This document shows, piece after piece, positions 39,061 to 47,507 of a DNA stretch of 64,000 nt (position 1 is its first letter; every line of letters begins with the position of its first letter). Location: the NCBI GenBank assembly GCA_963664435.2, contig CAXXKM010000003.1:1536001-1600000 (forward strand), read 5' to 3'. Made by a program: the position numbers and the translations under genes. The stretch comes from Longimicrobiales bacterium. GTDB lineage: Bacteria > Gemmatimonadota > Gemmatimonadetes > Longimicrobiales > Gaopeijiaceae. The notes under the pieces were generated by a model. The model worked only from the letters and a program-made list of their open reading frames with translations. It searched no databases and had not been told where the DNA came from.

Positions 39061-39987
39061 TCATGCGGAGGCGGACGCGGGGAGTGCGGCTTCCGGCCGC
39101 AGCAGCCTTGCCCGGCGCAGGACCGCCTTCACTTCACCGACCTTGCCGGCCGGGAACGGCCGGAGCGGCGGACGGGGGGCGCCGCCGTGGCCTCCCAGCA
39201 GATCCATTGCGGCCTTCACGCCCGGCACGCCGAACCCCGCCACCAGCTTCTTGTGGACGGGTGCGATCCGCTCCTGGAGGCGGCCCGCCTCGCTGGTGCG
39301 TCCCTCCGCGAAACGCTGGAAGATCCCGGCGCTTTCGGCGGGAGCCAGGTTGGCGACACCCAGGATTCCGCCCGCCGCGCCCAGCTCGAGCGCGGCATAC
39401 AGCCCCGCGCCGTTGCCCACGATCACCGCGAAGTCGCGGCGGGTGCAGTCAAGCAATTCGGCAACCTTCTCGAGGCTGCCTCTGGAATCCTTGATCCCGA
39501 CGATGTTGGGATGCCGGGAGAGCTGGGCCACCAGCCCGGAGGGGAAGTCGAGGGTGCTGAAGCGCAGCGGCGCCTGGTAGATCAGGACCGGAACCGGCGA
39601 GGCGTCGGCCACCGCGGTGTAGTGGTCGCGCACGGCTTCCGGGGTCATCGCCCCCAGGTAGTACGCGGGCGGCTGCACCAGCACGGCATCGGCGCCGGCA
39701 TCGGCGGCCTCCCGCCCGAGCCTGATGGTGCCGCGCGTGGATTCCACCCCGGTGCCTGCGATGAGCAGGCGGTCGTCGGTCATGACGTCGGCGGTCGCCT
39801 CGAGGAGGCGCCTGCGCTCCCCGCGGCTGAGCAGCACCGCCTCTCCGGTGGATCCCGCGATGACGATGCCGTGCACGGGATGCGCCAGCCAGCCCCTCAG
39901 ATTGGCGCGCATCGCGACGATGTCCACGTCTCCGGTCACGGGATCGAAGGGCGTAACTGCGGGGATGAAGACTCCGGCCAGGTTCAT
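39061..39987 (-). CDS. dihydrodipicolinate synthase / HOG aldolase family protein
   Basis: GSTGE, LIYQAP and VGIKDS motifs; substrate not assignable. Confidence 0.85.
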   Translation of the reverse strand: MNLAGVFIPAVTPFDPVTGDVDIVAMRANLRGWLAHPVHGIVIAGSTGEAVLLSRGERRRLLEATADVMTDDRLLIAGTGVESTRGTIRLGREAADAGADAVLVQPPAYYLGAMTPEAVRDHYTAVADASPVPVLIYQAPLRFSTLDFPSGLVAQLSRHPNIVGIKDSRGSLEKVAELLDCTRRDFAVIVGNGAGLYAALELGAAGGILGVANLAPAESAGIFQRFAEGRTSEAGRLQERIAPVHKKLVAGFGVPGVKAAMDLLGGHGGAPRPPLRPFPAGKVGEVKAVLRRARLLRPEAALPASASA

Positions 39988-41027
39988 AACTCCGTTTCCT
40001 CCGTCGATGCTCGCGCGGTGCGCTTCCAGTCGAGTCCCATGCGCGACCGCACCTCCGCCATGGTCTCGCGGGCGATGGCTGCGGCCTTCCTCGCTCCGTC
40101 ATCCAGAATCCGGAGCACTTCCTCCGGGTGTGCGCGGTAATGCGCGGCAACCTCCCGCATGGGGGCGAAGGCCTCGTCGATCTCCTCGGCCAGCATGCCC
40201 TTGCACTGGACGCACCCGCGCTGCGCCGTGCGGCACTGGCGGGCGATATCCTCGAGCAGCTCGCCGTCCGCGAAGTGTTCGTGCAGCGAATAGACGTTGC
40301 AGACCTCCGGGCGCCCGGGGTCGGTCCTGCGGATGCGCGCCGGATCGGTCACCGCGGTGCGTACGCGCCTGCGGATTTCGTCGGGGTCGTCGAGGATGCC
40401 CACCGTGTTGCCGAGCGACTTGCTCATCTTGGAGCGGCCGTCCAACCCCACGATCCGGCCCGCGCGCGGAATGTAGGGCCGGGGCTCCGGCAGGTACTTG
40501 CCGAAGCGGGCGTTCCACTTGCGCGCGATGTCCCGGGTCAGCTCAAGGTGCTGGCGCTGGTCCTCTCCCACGGGCACCACGTCGGCGCGGTAGAGGAGGA
40601 TGTCGGCGGCCTGCAGCACCGGGTAGTTGAGGAGCCCCACCGGCACCGACTCCATGCGCTCGGACTTCTCCTTGAACTGGATCATGCGCTCCAGGTCGCC
40701 GATGGGCGCCACCGAGTTGAAGAGCCAGCTCAGCTCGGTGTGCTCCGGGACATCGGACTGCACGAAGATGATGGAGCGCTCGGGATCGAGGCCCGAGGCC
40801 AGAAAGCCGATCGCGAGATCGAAGACGGCGCCGGGGAGCGCCCCGGGTTCGTAGGGCCCCGTGATGGCGTGCTGATCCACGATGCAGTAGATGCAGTCGT
40901 AGTCTTCCTGCATGGCGGCCCACTGGCGCAACGCACCCAGGTAGTTGCCGAGGTGGGCTTCGCCGCTGGGCTGCATTCCGCTGAAGACGCGCGATCCCGG
41001 CGGGGGCCGGGTGGTGGCGTGGGTCAT
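39984..41027 (-). CDS. trpS: tryptophan--tRNA ligase
   Basis: SGMQPSG..HLGN, YPVLQAADIL, VPVGEDQ and KMSKS motifs. Confidence 0.97.
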   Translation of the reverse strand: MTHATTRPPPGSRVFSGMQPSGEAHLGNYLGALRQWAAMQEDYDCIYCIVDQHAITGPYEPGALPGAVFDLAIGFLASGLDPERSIIFVQSDVPEHTELSWLFNSVAPIGDLERMIQFKEKSERMESVPVGLLNYPVLQAADILLYRADVVPVGEDQRQHLELTRDIARKWNARFGKYLPEPRPYIPRAGRIVGLDGRSKMSKSLGNTVGILDDPDEIRRRVRTAVTDPARIRRTDPGRPEVCNVYSLHEHFADGELLEDIARQCRTAQRGCVQCKGMLAEEIDEAFAPMREVAAHYRAHPEEVLRILDDGARKAAAIARETMAEVRSRMGLDWKRTARASTEETEL

Positions 41028-41250
41028 GCGCGAGTTCGTTTCAGGTGACGGGCGCCGGCGGGACCGGGAATCGAAGACGCGTTCCTGCGCGCCTGGGGAA
41101 CGGAACAGGTCGCCACCAAGTTAGCATCCCCCGGGATGCCATCAAACATGATATCGGACCGGGGCTTTTTCGGCGCCCGGAGACGCGTCCCGCTCCGCCA
41201 GCGTTTCGTTCCCGAGCCCGGCCGGCCGCGAGGGCGGAATCGAGCGCACG

Positions 41251-41280
41251 AAAAAACGGACCCGGCGGAAACCGGGTCCG
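41251..41280 (-). terminator. Rho-independent terminator of hsp20
   Basis: CGGACCCGG / CCGGGTCCG 9-bp stem followed by T6 on the minus strand. Confidence 0.8.
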
Positions 41281-41374
41281 ATTCGGTCCGGCGGCGTCAA
41301 GGGGGCCGCGGCCAGGCGCAGCGCTCACCGCAGGACTGGCTGGCCAGGCGCGGGTCTTCCCCGGGGGTCGGCCG

Positions 41375-41824
41375 CTAGGCGCGCGCCTTCACCTCGATCC
41401 TGCGGGCGCGGGTCTCGGGCGCCTTGGGGACGCTGACCCTGAGCACCCCGTCGCCGAAGTCGGCGTCGATGCCCTCGACATCCACCTTGCGCGGCAGGGT
41501 GAAGGAGCGGTTGAAGCTTCCCGTGATCCGCTCGGAGATGTGCATGTGGCGCTCGGCGTCCTCCTCCTCGCGCTCCTCGTGCTTCTCCCCGCGAATCGTC
41601 AGCACGTTCTCCTCGACCTCGATCTCGACATCGTCGGGCGATACGCCCGGGAGTTCCGTGGTCACGAGGATCGAGTCCGCGGTCTCCTCGACGTTGACGG
41701 GCGGAACCCAGTCCGTGTTGATGAAGGCCCCGAAGGGGAAGGACGGGCTGGTGGGAAAGGCGGAATTGAAGGCCCTGAGCACCTGCGTGGGCGAGAGCGA
41801 ACGGTACTTGGCGATGGTCGTCAT
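41375..41824 (-). CDS. Hsp20/alpha-crystallin small heat shock protein
   Basis: WVPPVNVEET, ELPGV, LTIRGEK, ER..GSFNRSFTLP and GVLRVSVPK motifs; GGAGG RBS. Confidence 0.95.
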   Translation of the reverse strand: MTTIAKYRSLSPTQVLRAFNSAFPTSPSFPFGAFINTDWVPPVNVEETADSILVTTELPGVSPDDVEIEVEENVLTIRGEKHEEREEEDAERHMHISERITGSFNRSFTLPRKVDVEGIDADFGDGVLRVSVPKAPETRARRIEVKARA

Positions 41825-41908
41825 GTTTCCTCCATTGAGTCTCTTGTAACCGAATCCGCGTCGTCAGGCTTCCGATGCCTGATCCTGCACGCGTCGGCTC
41901 TATCAGCG

Positions 41909-41923
41909 GCAGGGAGCGTGCCA
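41909..41923 (-). promoter_or_regulatory. sigma54 (-24/-12) promoter of hsp20
   Basis: TGGCACGCTCCCTGC: GG-N10-GC spacing, close to the TGGCACG-N4-TTGC consensus. Confidence 0.7.
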
Positions 41924-41933
41924 GTGAAGAGTC

Positions 41934-42102
41934 TGCCAAAATGTCTGACGACAACGAGTTGCGGGACATTGGCATGACAAGATGTCTGTCCGGCCCAGGG
42001 AGGCAAGCGGACAAGTCTGCCATTTTGTCAGGTGGTGGAGACGCTCGATGGGGCGGGGTTGCGTTCCGGGCGGGAGAAGGGCGAGAGTCTGCCAAAATGG
42101 CA
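41934..42102. repeat. four dyad sites TG(C/A)CA-N3-TG(G/T)C(A/T), putative activator/repressor binding array
   Basis: TGCCAAAATGTCT at 41934, TGACAAGATGTCT at 41975, TGCCATTTTGTCA at 42018, TGCCAAAATGGCA at 42090. Confidence 0.7.
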
Positions 42103-42109
42103 GACAAGC

Positions 42110-44668
42110 CTACGTCGAAAGACCTGACCGGGGCCAGGAAGTTCGCCGCCGATCCTGTCCCGCTCGGTTGGCAACCCGCCCGGCAGCCGCCACCAGGTCG
42201 GTCATGAGCCCGGCTGCGGTGACCTCGGGTCCCGCTCCGGGGCCCTGAATCACCATGGGATGATCGGCGTACCATCGAGAGCGGATGACGAGGAGGTTCT
42301 CGGTCCCGCGGGTTCGCGCGGCGGGTAGCTGCGCGGGCATCGCCTCCAGGCGGACGGAGGCCGCGTCCGGCGCCACCCGCGCCAGGCAGACGAGCCGCCG
42401 CCCTTGCGCCGCCGCCGCGCGGGCCCTCTCCGCCATCTCGGCGTCGAGCCCGGAGAGCCGCTCGATGAACTCCCGGACCGAGCCGGGCTGGAGGAGGCGC
42501 TCCGGGAGGATCGGTTCGACGTCGACATCGGAGGATTCGATCCGGATCCCCGCCGTCCGCGCCAGGATGACGAGCTTGCGGACCACGTCGCGAAGGCCCA
42601 GGTCCTCCCTCGGATCCGGCTCGGAGATCCCCCTCCGCCGGGCCTCCTCGACCGCCGAGCTGAACCGGCGCCCGCGGTGCAGCTCGCCCATCAGGAAGCT
42701 GAGCGTCCCCGACAGTGTTCCCTCCAGAGAGGTGACGGTGTCGCCGCTCCGCCCAAGCTCGGCGATCATCTGAACCATCGGAAGGCCGGCCCCCACGGTC
42801 GTCCCGTGGTGGAGGCCGCTCCCGCGCGCGGCAAGGCGCATGAGCGTCGTGTACTCCTCGATGGGTCCGGACAGAGCGATCTTGTTCGCCGTGACCACGG
42901 CGGCCCCGGCGCGGAGGTAGTCCGCGTACCTCGCCGAGATGGCCGCGCTCGCGGTGCAGTCGACGACGACGAGCGGGTCGCCCGTCCAGACCGCCTCGAA
43001 GGCCCGCTCGGGGTCGTCCGAGCCGCCCTCGAGGTGCGATCGCCACCGGCCGGACACCAGGCCTTCGAGGTCGGTTACGGCGCTCCGGCTGTTCGAGATT
43101 CCGACCAGGACAGGCTGGATCCCGTGGGGCCGCAGGGCGTCGTCCCCATTTGCGGCGAGCTGGTCCAGGAAGGCTGCGCCGACGCCGCCCGCCCCGAGGA
43201 CCAGGATGCGGACGGGCTCTAGTTCGCCCGGCGGAGTGAAGAAGGCCCGGTGTACGGTGCGGAGCGCGACACCCTCCTGCCCCGTGCTCACGACCCATGA
43301 GATGTTGCGCTCGGAGGATCCCTGGGCGATGGCGTGCAGATTCACCTTCGCGGCGCCCAGCGCGGAGAAGAGTTTCCCGGAGACACCGGGCGTGTCGCGC
43401 ATCCCCTCGCCCACGACCGCGAGGATCGAAAAGCCCTGCTCGACGGCCAGTTCACGCACCAGCCGCAACTCCCGCTCCCTCCGGAACTCGGCCCCCAGCG
43501 CGACCCGCGCGCGTTCCGCGTCGGCACCCCTGACCGCGAGGGACACGGCGTGCGCGCCCGAGTCCTGCGTGAAGAGAAGCGAGTCCACGTCGGCAAGACG
43601 AAGCGCACGGAAGATCCGCTGCGAGGCCTCCGTGACGCCGACCGTCTCGACCCCGGCGAGCCGGATCACCGCCACGTCCCTGGTGGCTGAGATGCCGCGC
43701 ACCGGCCGAAGGGGATCCGCGGGAAGCGAGGCCACGACCAGCGTCCCCGGGAGGGACGGATCGAGGGTGCTCCGGATCCGCAGCACGGTTCCGGCGCGCC
43801 GGGCGGGCTCCACCGCCGGGGGGCAGATCACCTTCGCCCCGAAGTGGGCGAGCTCGAGGAGCTCCTCGTAGCTGATCTCGCGTATCGGGGCCGCTTCGGG
43901 CACGGCCTGCGGATCCGCGGTGAGGACCCCGTCCACGTCCGTCCAGATCTCGACCTCCGCCGCGCCGAGCATCGAGGCGAGAAGGGTGGCCGTGTAATCG
44001 GACGCGCCCCGGCCCAGCGTGGTCGTCTCCCCCTCCGCCGTCGAGCCGATGAACCCTGTGACGACCGGGATCCCGGCGTCTCCGGGAAGCCGCGCGCGCA
44101 CCAGCTGCCGCGAGCCCTGCTGATCCACCCTTGCCGAACCGAATCGATTGTCGGTCCGGAAGAGCTCCCTTGCGTCCACGTCGACGGCCGCGATCCCGTG
44201 GGAGCGCATGCACGCGGCGACCAGCACGGAGGAGAGAAGTTCGCCGAAGGCAAGGATCCGGTCGCGCGTGCGGAGGGTGCACTCGCCGAGCAGCTGGGCT
44301 CCGCTCGCGAGGCGCCGGAGTTCATCCATCGCAGCATCGAGGCGCAGGGAGAGGCCCGGCGTCTCGTCGGCCGGAGCAAGGGCGTGGAGCAGCTCCCGGT
44401 GCGCGGCTTCGATCTCCCGCGTCACTGCCGCGTGGCCCTCGTCTCCGCGCCCCGCAAGGTCGGCGACCTCGACCAGCCGGTTCGTGATGCCGCCCACCGC
44501 GGAGACGACCACGACAGGGGTGGAGTCGGCCCGGGCATCCGCGACGAGGCCGACGACGTGCCGGATGCGCGAGGCGCTTCCGACCGAGGTTCCGCCGAAC
44601 TTCATGATCCGGATCGGAGGCGCGACCGGACGGCGTACCTCGCGGACAGGTGTTGGAGCGGACGTCAC
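42110..44668 (-). CDS. thrA: bifunctional aspartate kinase / homoserine dehydrogenase
   Basis: MKFGGTSV, TTLGRGASDYTA, WTDVDG, ACT domains, GAGGVG, VTANK, VGAGLP and EPDPRED motifs; start uncertain; could be metL-like. Confidence 0.85.
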   Translation of the reverse strand: MTSAPTPVREVRRPVAPPIRIMKFGGTSVGSASRIRHVVGLVADARADSTPVVVVSAVGGITNRLVEVADLAGRGDEGHAAVTREIEAAHRELLHALAPADETPGLSLRLDAAMDELRRLASGAQLLGECTLRTRDRILAFGELLSSVLVAACMRSHGIAAVDVDARELFRTDNRFGSARVDQQGSRQLVRARLPGDAGIPVVTGFIGSTAEGETTTLGRGASDYTATLLASMLGAAEVEIWTDVDGVLTADPQAVPEAAPIREISYEELLELAHFGAKVICPPAVEPARRAGTVLRIRSTLDPSLPGTLVVASLPADPLRPVRGISATRDVAVIRLAGVETVGVTEASQRIFRALRLADVDSLLFTQDSGAHAVSLAVRGADAERARVALGAEFRRERELRLVRELAVEQGFSILAVVGEGMRDTPGVSGKLFSALGAAKVNLHAIAQGSSERNISWVVSTGQEGVALRTVHRAFFTPPGELEPVRILVLGAGGVGAAFLDQLAANGDDALRPHGIQPVLVGISNSRSAVTDLEGLVSGRWRSHLEGGSDDPERAFEAVWTGDPLVVVDCTASAAISARYADYLRAGAAVVTANKIALSGPIEEYTTLMRLAARGSGLHHGTTVGAGLPMVQMIAELGRSGDTVTSLEGTLSGTLSFLMGELHRGRRFSSAVEEARRRGISEPDPREDLGLRDVVRKLVILARTAGIRIESSDVDVEPILPERLLQPGSVREFIERLSGLDAEMAERARAAAAQGRRLVCLARVAPDAASVRLEAMPAQLPAARTRGTENLLVIRSRWYADHPMVIQGPGAGPEVTAAGLMTDLVAAAGRVANRAGQDRRRTSWPRSGLST

Positions 44669-44910
44669 GGGTTCGGAGAAGATGCGCGCCGCTTCGACTG
44701 CGAATCCCGCCCGGCGCGGGAAGTCGCGGAGGACGGGCAATCCGGTTTGATCATGGCGGGAATAAGCCGCTTTCCGGCGACATGGTCAAGTCGCCGGCGC
44801 GCCACCGGACGACCTTCCTCCAGGCGACCGACCTTCCAGGCGGGCCGCTTCCGATCGGGGAACTCTTCGACCAGTTCGCCGAGGTGCGGACAGGTGGTGA
44901 CGGGCAGCGG

Positions 44911-45822
44911 TCAGTCCGGAAGGGTGAGGGCGAGACGGGCTGCGCCACGCTCGGGAACGACGGCGCGGGGGAGCAGACGCCCGCCAGTCGACGAGGCGAG
45001 ATGCTCCAGGTCCGAGCGCAAGGGGCCGTCCGGGGCGATGAGGCCGCCAGCGAGGGCCACTGGAGGGGGGGCGCCGGAGGAGAAGAGGTTGTGGATGGCG
45101 GCGGACAACTGATCGCCGAGTGCGTCCAGGGCGCTCCAGACCACGGTGTTCGCGGCCGCGTCGCCGGAGCGGGCGGTGCGGATCACCAAGGGCGCGAGGG
45201 CGGCGATTTCGGCCTTGGTGGCGGACTCGGCCCAGGCGGGCAAGCCGCGGGGGCGGTCGAGGCTGAGGTGGTCGAGAACGGCGGCGGTGAGGGCGGTCGA
45301 GGGGCCGCGCCCGTCAACCGCGGCCGCGATGGTCCGCAGGGCCGACACGCCGATTTGGTAGCCGCTTCCTTCGTCGCCCATCACCCCGCCCCACCCACCG
45401 ACCTGCAGGCGGCGGCCGTCCTCCCCCACCCCCAGCACCACCGAGCCGGTGCCGGCCACCACCACGATGCCCGGGCCGCCGCCGAAAGCGTCGTGGAACG
45501 CTGCTTCCACGTCCGTGCCGACCCGCACCGTGCGCGCGACCTGCTCGTCGCGCAGGGCCGCTTCCAGCGCGCGGCGCACCTCGCGTCGGCCGGCACCGGC
45601 CAGGCCGGCCCACAGCGCCGGGAGCGGAAGGGCGACCCCGGCTTCTTCGGCGGCGCGCCGGACGGTGTCCGCGACCACCCGCGCCGCAGGGGCGGGGCGG
45701 TCGGGACGCACCAGCGCGGCGGGGCCTTCCGCCCGGCCGCCGGTCGCGCCGTCGCGGGCGAGCAGCAGCACGCGGGTGCGGGTCCCGCCCCCGTCAACGC
45801 CCGCGACGTACGGCCCGGTCAC
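44911..45822 (-). CDS. BadF/BadG/BcrA/BcrD family amino-sugar kinase (NagK/MurK-like)
   Basis: GVDGGGTRT, GLAGAG, VAGTGS and GGWGGVMGDEGSGY motifs. Confidence 0.88.
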   Translation of the reverse strand: MTGPYVAGVDGGGTRTRVLLLARDGATGGRAEGPAALVRPDRPAPAARVVADTVRRAAEEAGVALPLPALWAGLAGAGRREVRRALEAALRDEQVARTVRVGTDVEAAFHDAFGGGPGIVVVAGTGSVVLGVGEDGRRLQVGGWGGVMGDEGSGYQIGVSALRTIAAAVDGRGPSTALTAAVLDHLSLDRPRGLPAWAESATKAEIAALAPLVIRTARSGDAAANTVVWSALDALGDQLSAAIHNLFSSGAPPPVALAGGLIAPDGPLRSDLEHLASSTGGRLLPRAVVPERGAARLALTLPD

Positions 45823-45955
45823 GGGGGTGGGGGTGGGGCGGCGGCCGCGGGCAGCCCGATTCCTCCCACGCCCATCGCATCAGGTGCGCCCGGAATACCC
45901 ACCAATCCCCCGCCACCTCGCGGCGGCCACCCGGGGACCGCGACCGGAATGCGCA

Positions 45956-47401
45956 TCAGGCTCTGTCGGCCGTCGGCCGCGCCCCACCCAGCGCCATCCC
46001 CACCACCACCGTAATCGCCGTCCCGATGAGCACGAACCAGGGCCACGCCACCCGGTCGGGGAAGAAGATCCAGATGCAGGTGACCACGCCGATCCCGGCC
46101 ACCATGCCCACTCCCGTCCCGCGCGCGCTGGCGCGCCGCGACAGCACGCCCAGGGCGAAGGCGCCCAGCAGGCCGCCGTAGACCAGCGAGGCGACTGCGA
46201 GGGCGACTTCGACAGCGCTGGTGCCGGCGCTCAGCGGGATGAACAGGATCGCGCCCCCGACCAGCAGCCCGGCCCAGATCAGGGTGAAGAGCTTGCCGGC
46301 CCGCAGGATGCGCGCGTCGTCCTCGATGCCGCGCGCGGGGGCCCAGAAGTCGTAGGCGGAGGAGGACGCGAGCGAGTTGATGGAGGAGGAAAGCGATGAC
46401 ATCGCCGCCGCGAACACGCCCGCGATCAGAAGCCCGGTGATGCCGGCAGGCAGCTCCTCGACGATGAAGCGCGCGAAGATCTCGTCGGAGGCGTCGAAGG
46501 CGCGGTTCTCGTAGAAGGCCCACAGGCCGAGCCCCACCAGCAGGAAGACGGCGAACTGACCCACGACCGCCACACCGCTGCCGATGAGCGCCCTGCGGCT
46601 GGCCACCAGGTCCTTGCAAGTGAGCAGGCGCTGCACGATGAGCTGGTCGGTGCCGTGGGAGGCCATCGCCAGGAAGCCGCCGCCCAGCAGCCCCGCCCAC
46701 AGCGTGTAGGGCACCGAGAGGTCGAAGGAGAGGTCCACGATGCGGAGCTTGCCCGCCGCGCCCGCCTGCGCCAGGATCGCCGGCCATCCCCCATCGACAA
46801 GACCCTGCAGCACGAAGACGGCGATGGCCGCACCCAGCAGGTAGAGGGCCATCTGCACCGCATCCACCCAGACGACCGCCTTGATGCCGCCGAAGTAGGT
46901 GTAGACCACCGTGAGCGCGCCGATCACCAGGATGGAGAGCGGGTAGGGCCAGCCGGTGACCAGCGCGAGCGGGATGGCGGTGGCGAAGAGGCGTACGGAG
47001 TCGGCGAGGAGGCGAGTGACCATGAAGATCGCCGATGTGAGGCGCCGCACCCCGCTGCCGAAACGGGCGCCCAGGAGGGCGTAGGCGGTCTTGAGCTCGC
47101 CGCGGTAGTAGGCGGGCAGCAGCAGGGACGCGACCACCAGCCGGCCGGCCAGGTATCCGAAGGTCAGCTGGAGGAAGCCCAGTGTGCCCAGGTACGCGAC
47201 CCCGGGGATGGAGAGAAACGTCAGCGTGCTGGTCTCGGTGGCCACCACCGACAGCAGCACGGCCCCCCAGGGCAGCCTGCGGTTCCCCAGGAAGTAGTCC
47301 GCCCCGCCCCGCTGGCGGCGGCCCAGCCAGGCGCCCCAGGCGGTGGTGGCGGCCAGATAGGCCACCAGTACGGCGAAGTCGACGCCTCCGAAGCCGTTCA
47401 A
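45956..47401 (-). CDS. sodium:solute symporter (SSS) family transporter
   Basis: DYFLGNRRLPW, SVVATETSTLTF, GGIKAVVWVD, GTDQLIVQRLL and AAAMSSLSSSINSL motifs. Confidence 0.93.
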   Translation of the reverse strand: MNGFGGVDFAVLVAYLAATTAWGAWLGRRQRGGADYFLGNRRLPWGAVLLSVVATETSTLTFLSIPGVAYLGTLGFLQLTFGYLAGRLVVASLLLPAYYRGELKTAYALLGARFGSGVRRLTSAIFMVTRLLADSVRLFATAIPLALVTGWPYPLSILVIGALTVVYTYFGGIKAVVWVDAVQMALYLLGAAIAVFVLQGLVDGGWPAILAQAGAAGKLRIVDLSFDLSVPYTLWAGLLGGGFLAMASHGTDQLIVQRLLTCKDLVASRRALIGSGVAVVGQFAVFLLVGLGLWAFYENRAFDASDEIFARFIVEELPAGITGLLIAGVFAAAMSSLSSSINSLASSSAYDFWAPARGIEDDARILRAGKLFTLIWAGLLVGGAILFIPLSAGTSAVEVALAVASLVYGGLLGAFALGVLSRRASARGTGVGMVAGIGVVTCIWIFFPDRVAWPWFVLIGTAITVVVGMALGGARPTADRA

Positions 47402-47507
47402 GGGAGCGCCGTCGCCCGGGCGCCGACCGCGCGCGGGTGCTCGATCCGGGCTGGCGAGGCCGCCACGCAGACAACGGGGCGGCCGATGATGAGCCGGTCG
47501 CGAACGA

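Noticed and set aside
39061..39987. Calling the DHDPS-family gene dapA
   Set aside because: GSTGE instead of GTTGE and no dapB or asd context; it may be another class I aldolase.
41028..41250. T-box or other leader upstream of trpS
   Set aside because: No T-box consensus; only a short palindrome (41124-41139) of unclear meaning.
41934..42102. Repeated motifs as a CRISPR array
   Set aside because: Repeats are only about 13-20 bp, degenerate and unevenly spaced, with no cas genes; they fit protein-binding sites better.
44665..44754. 29-codon ORF overlapping the thrA start as an attenuator leader peptide
   Set aside because: No Thr/Ile/Met/Lys codon run and no terminator with a U tract.
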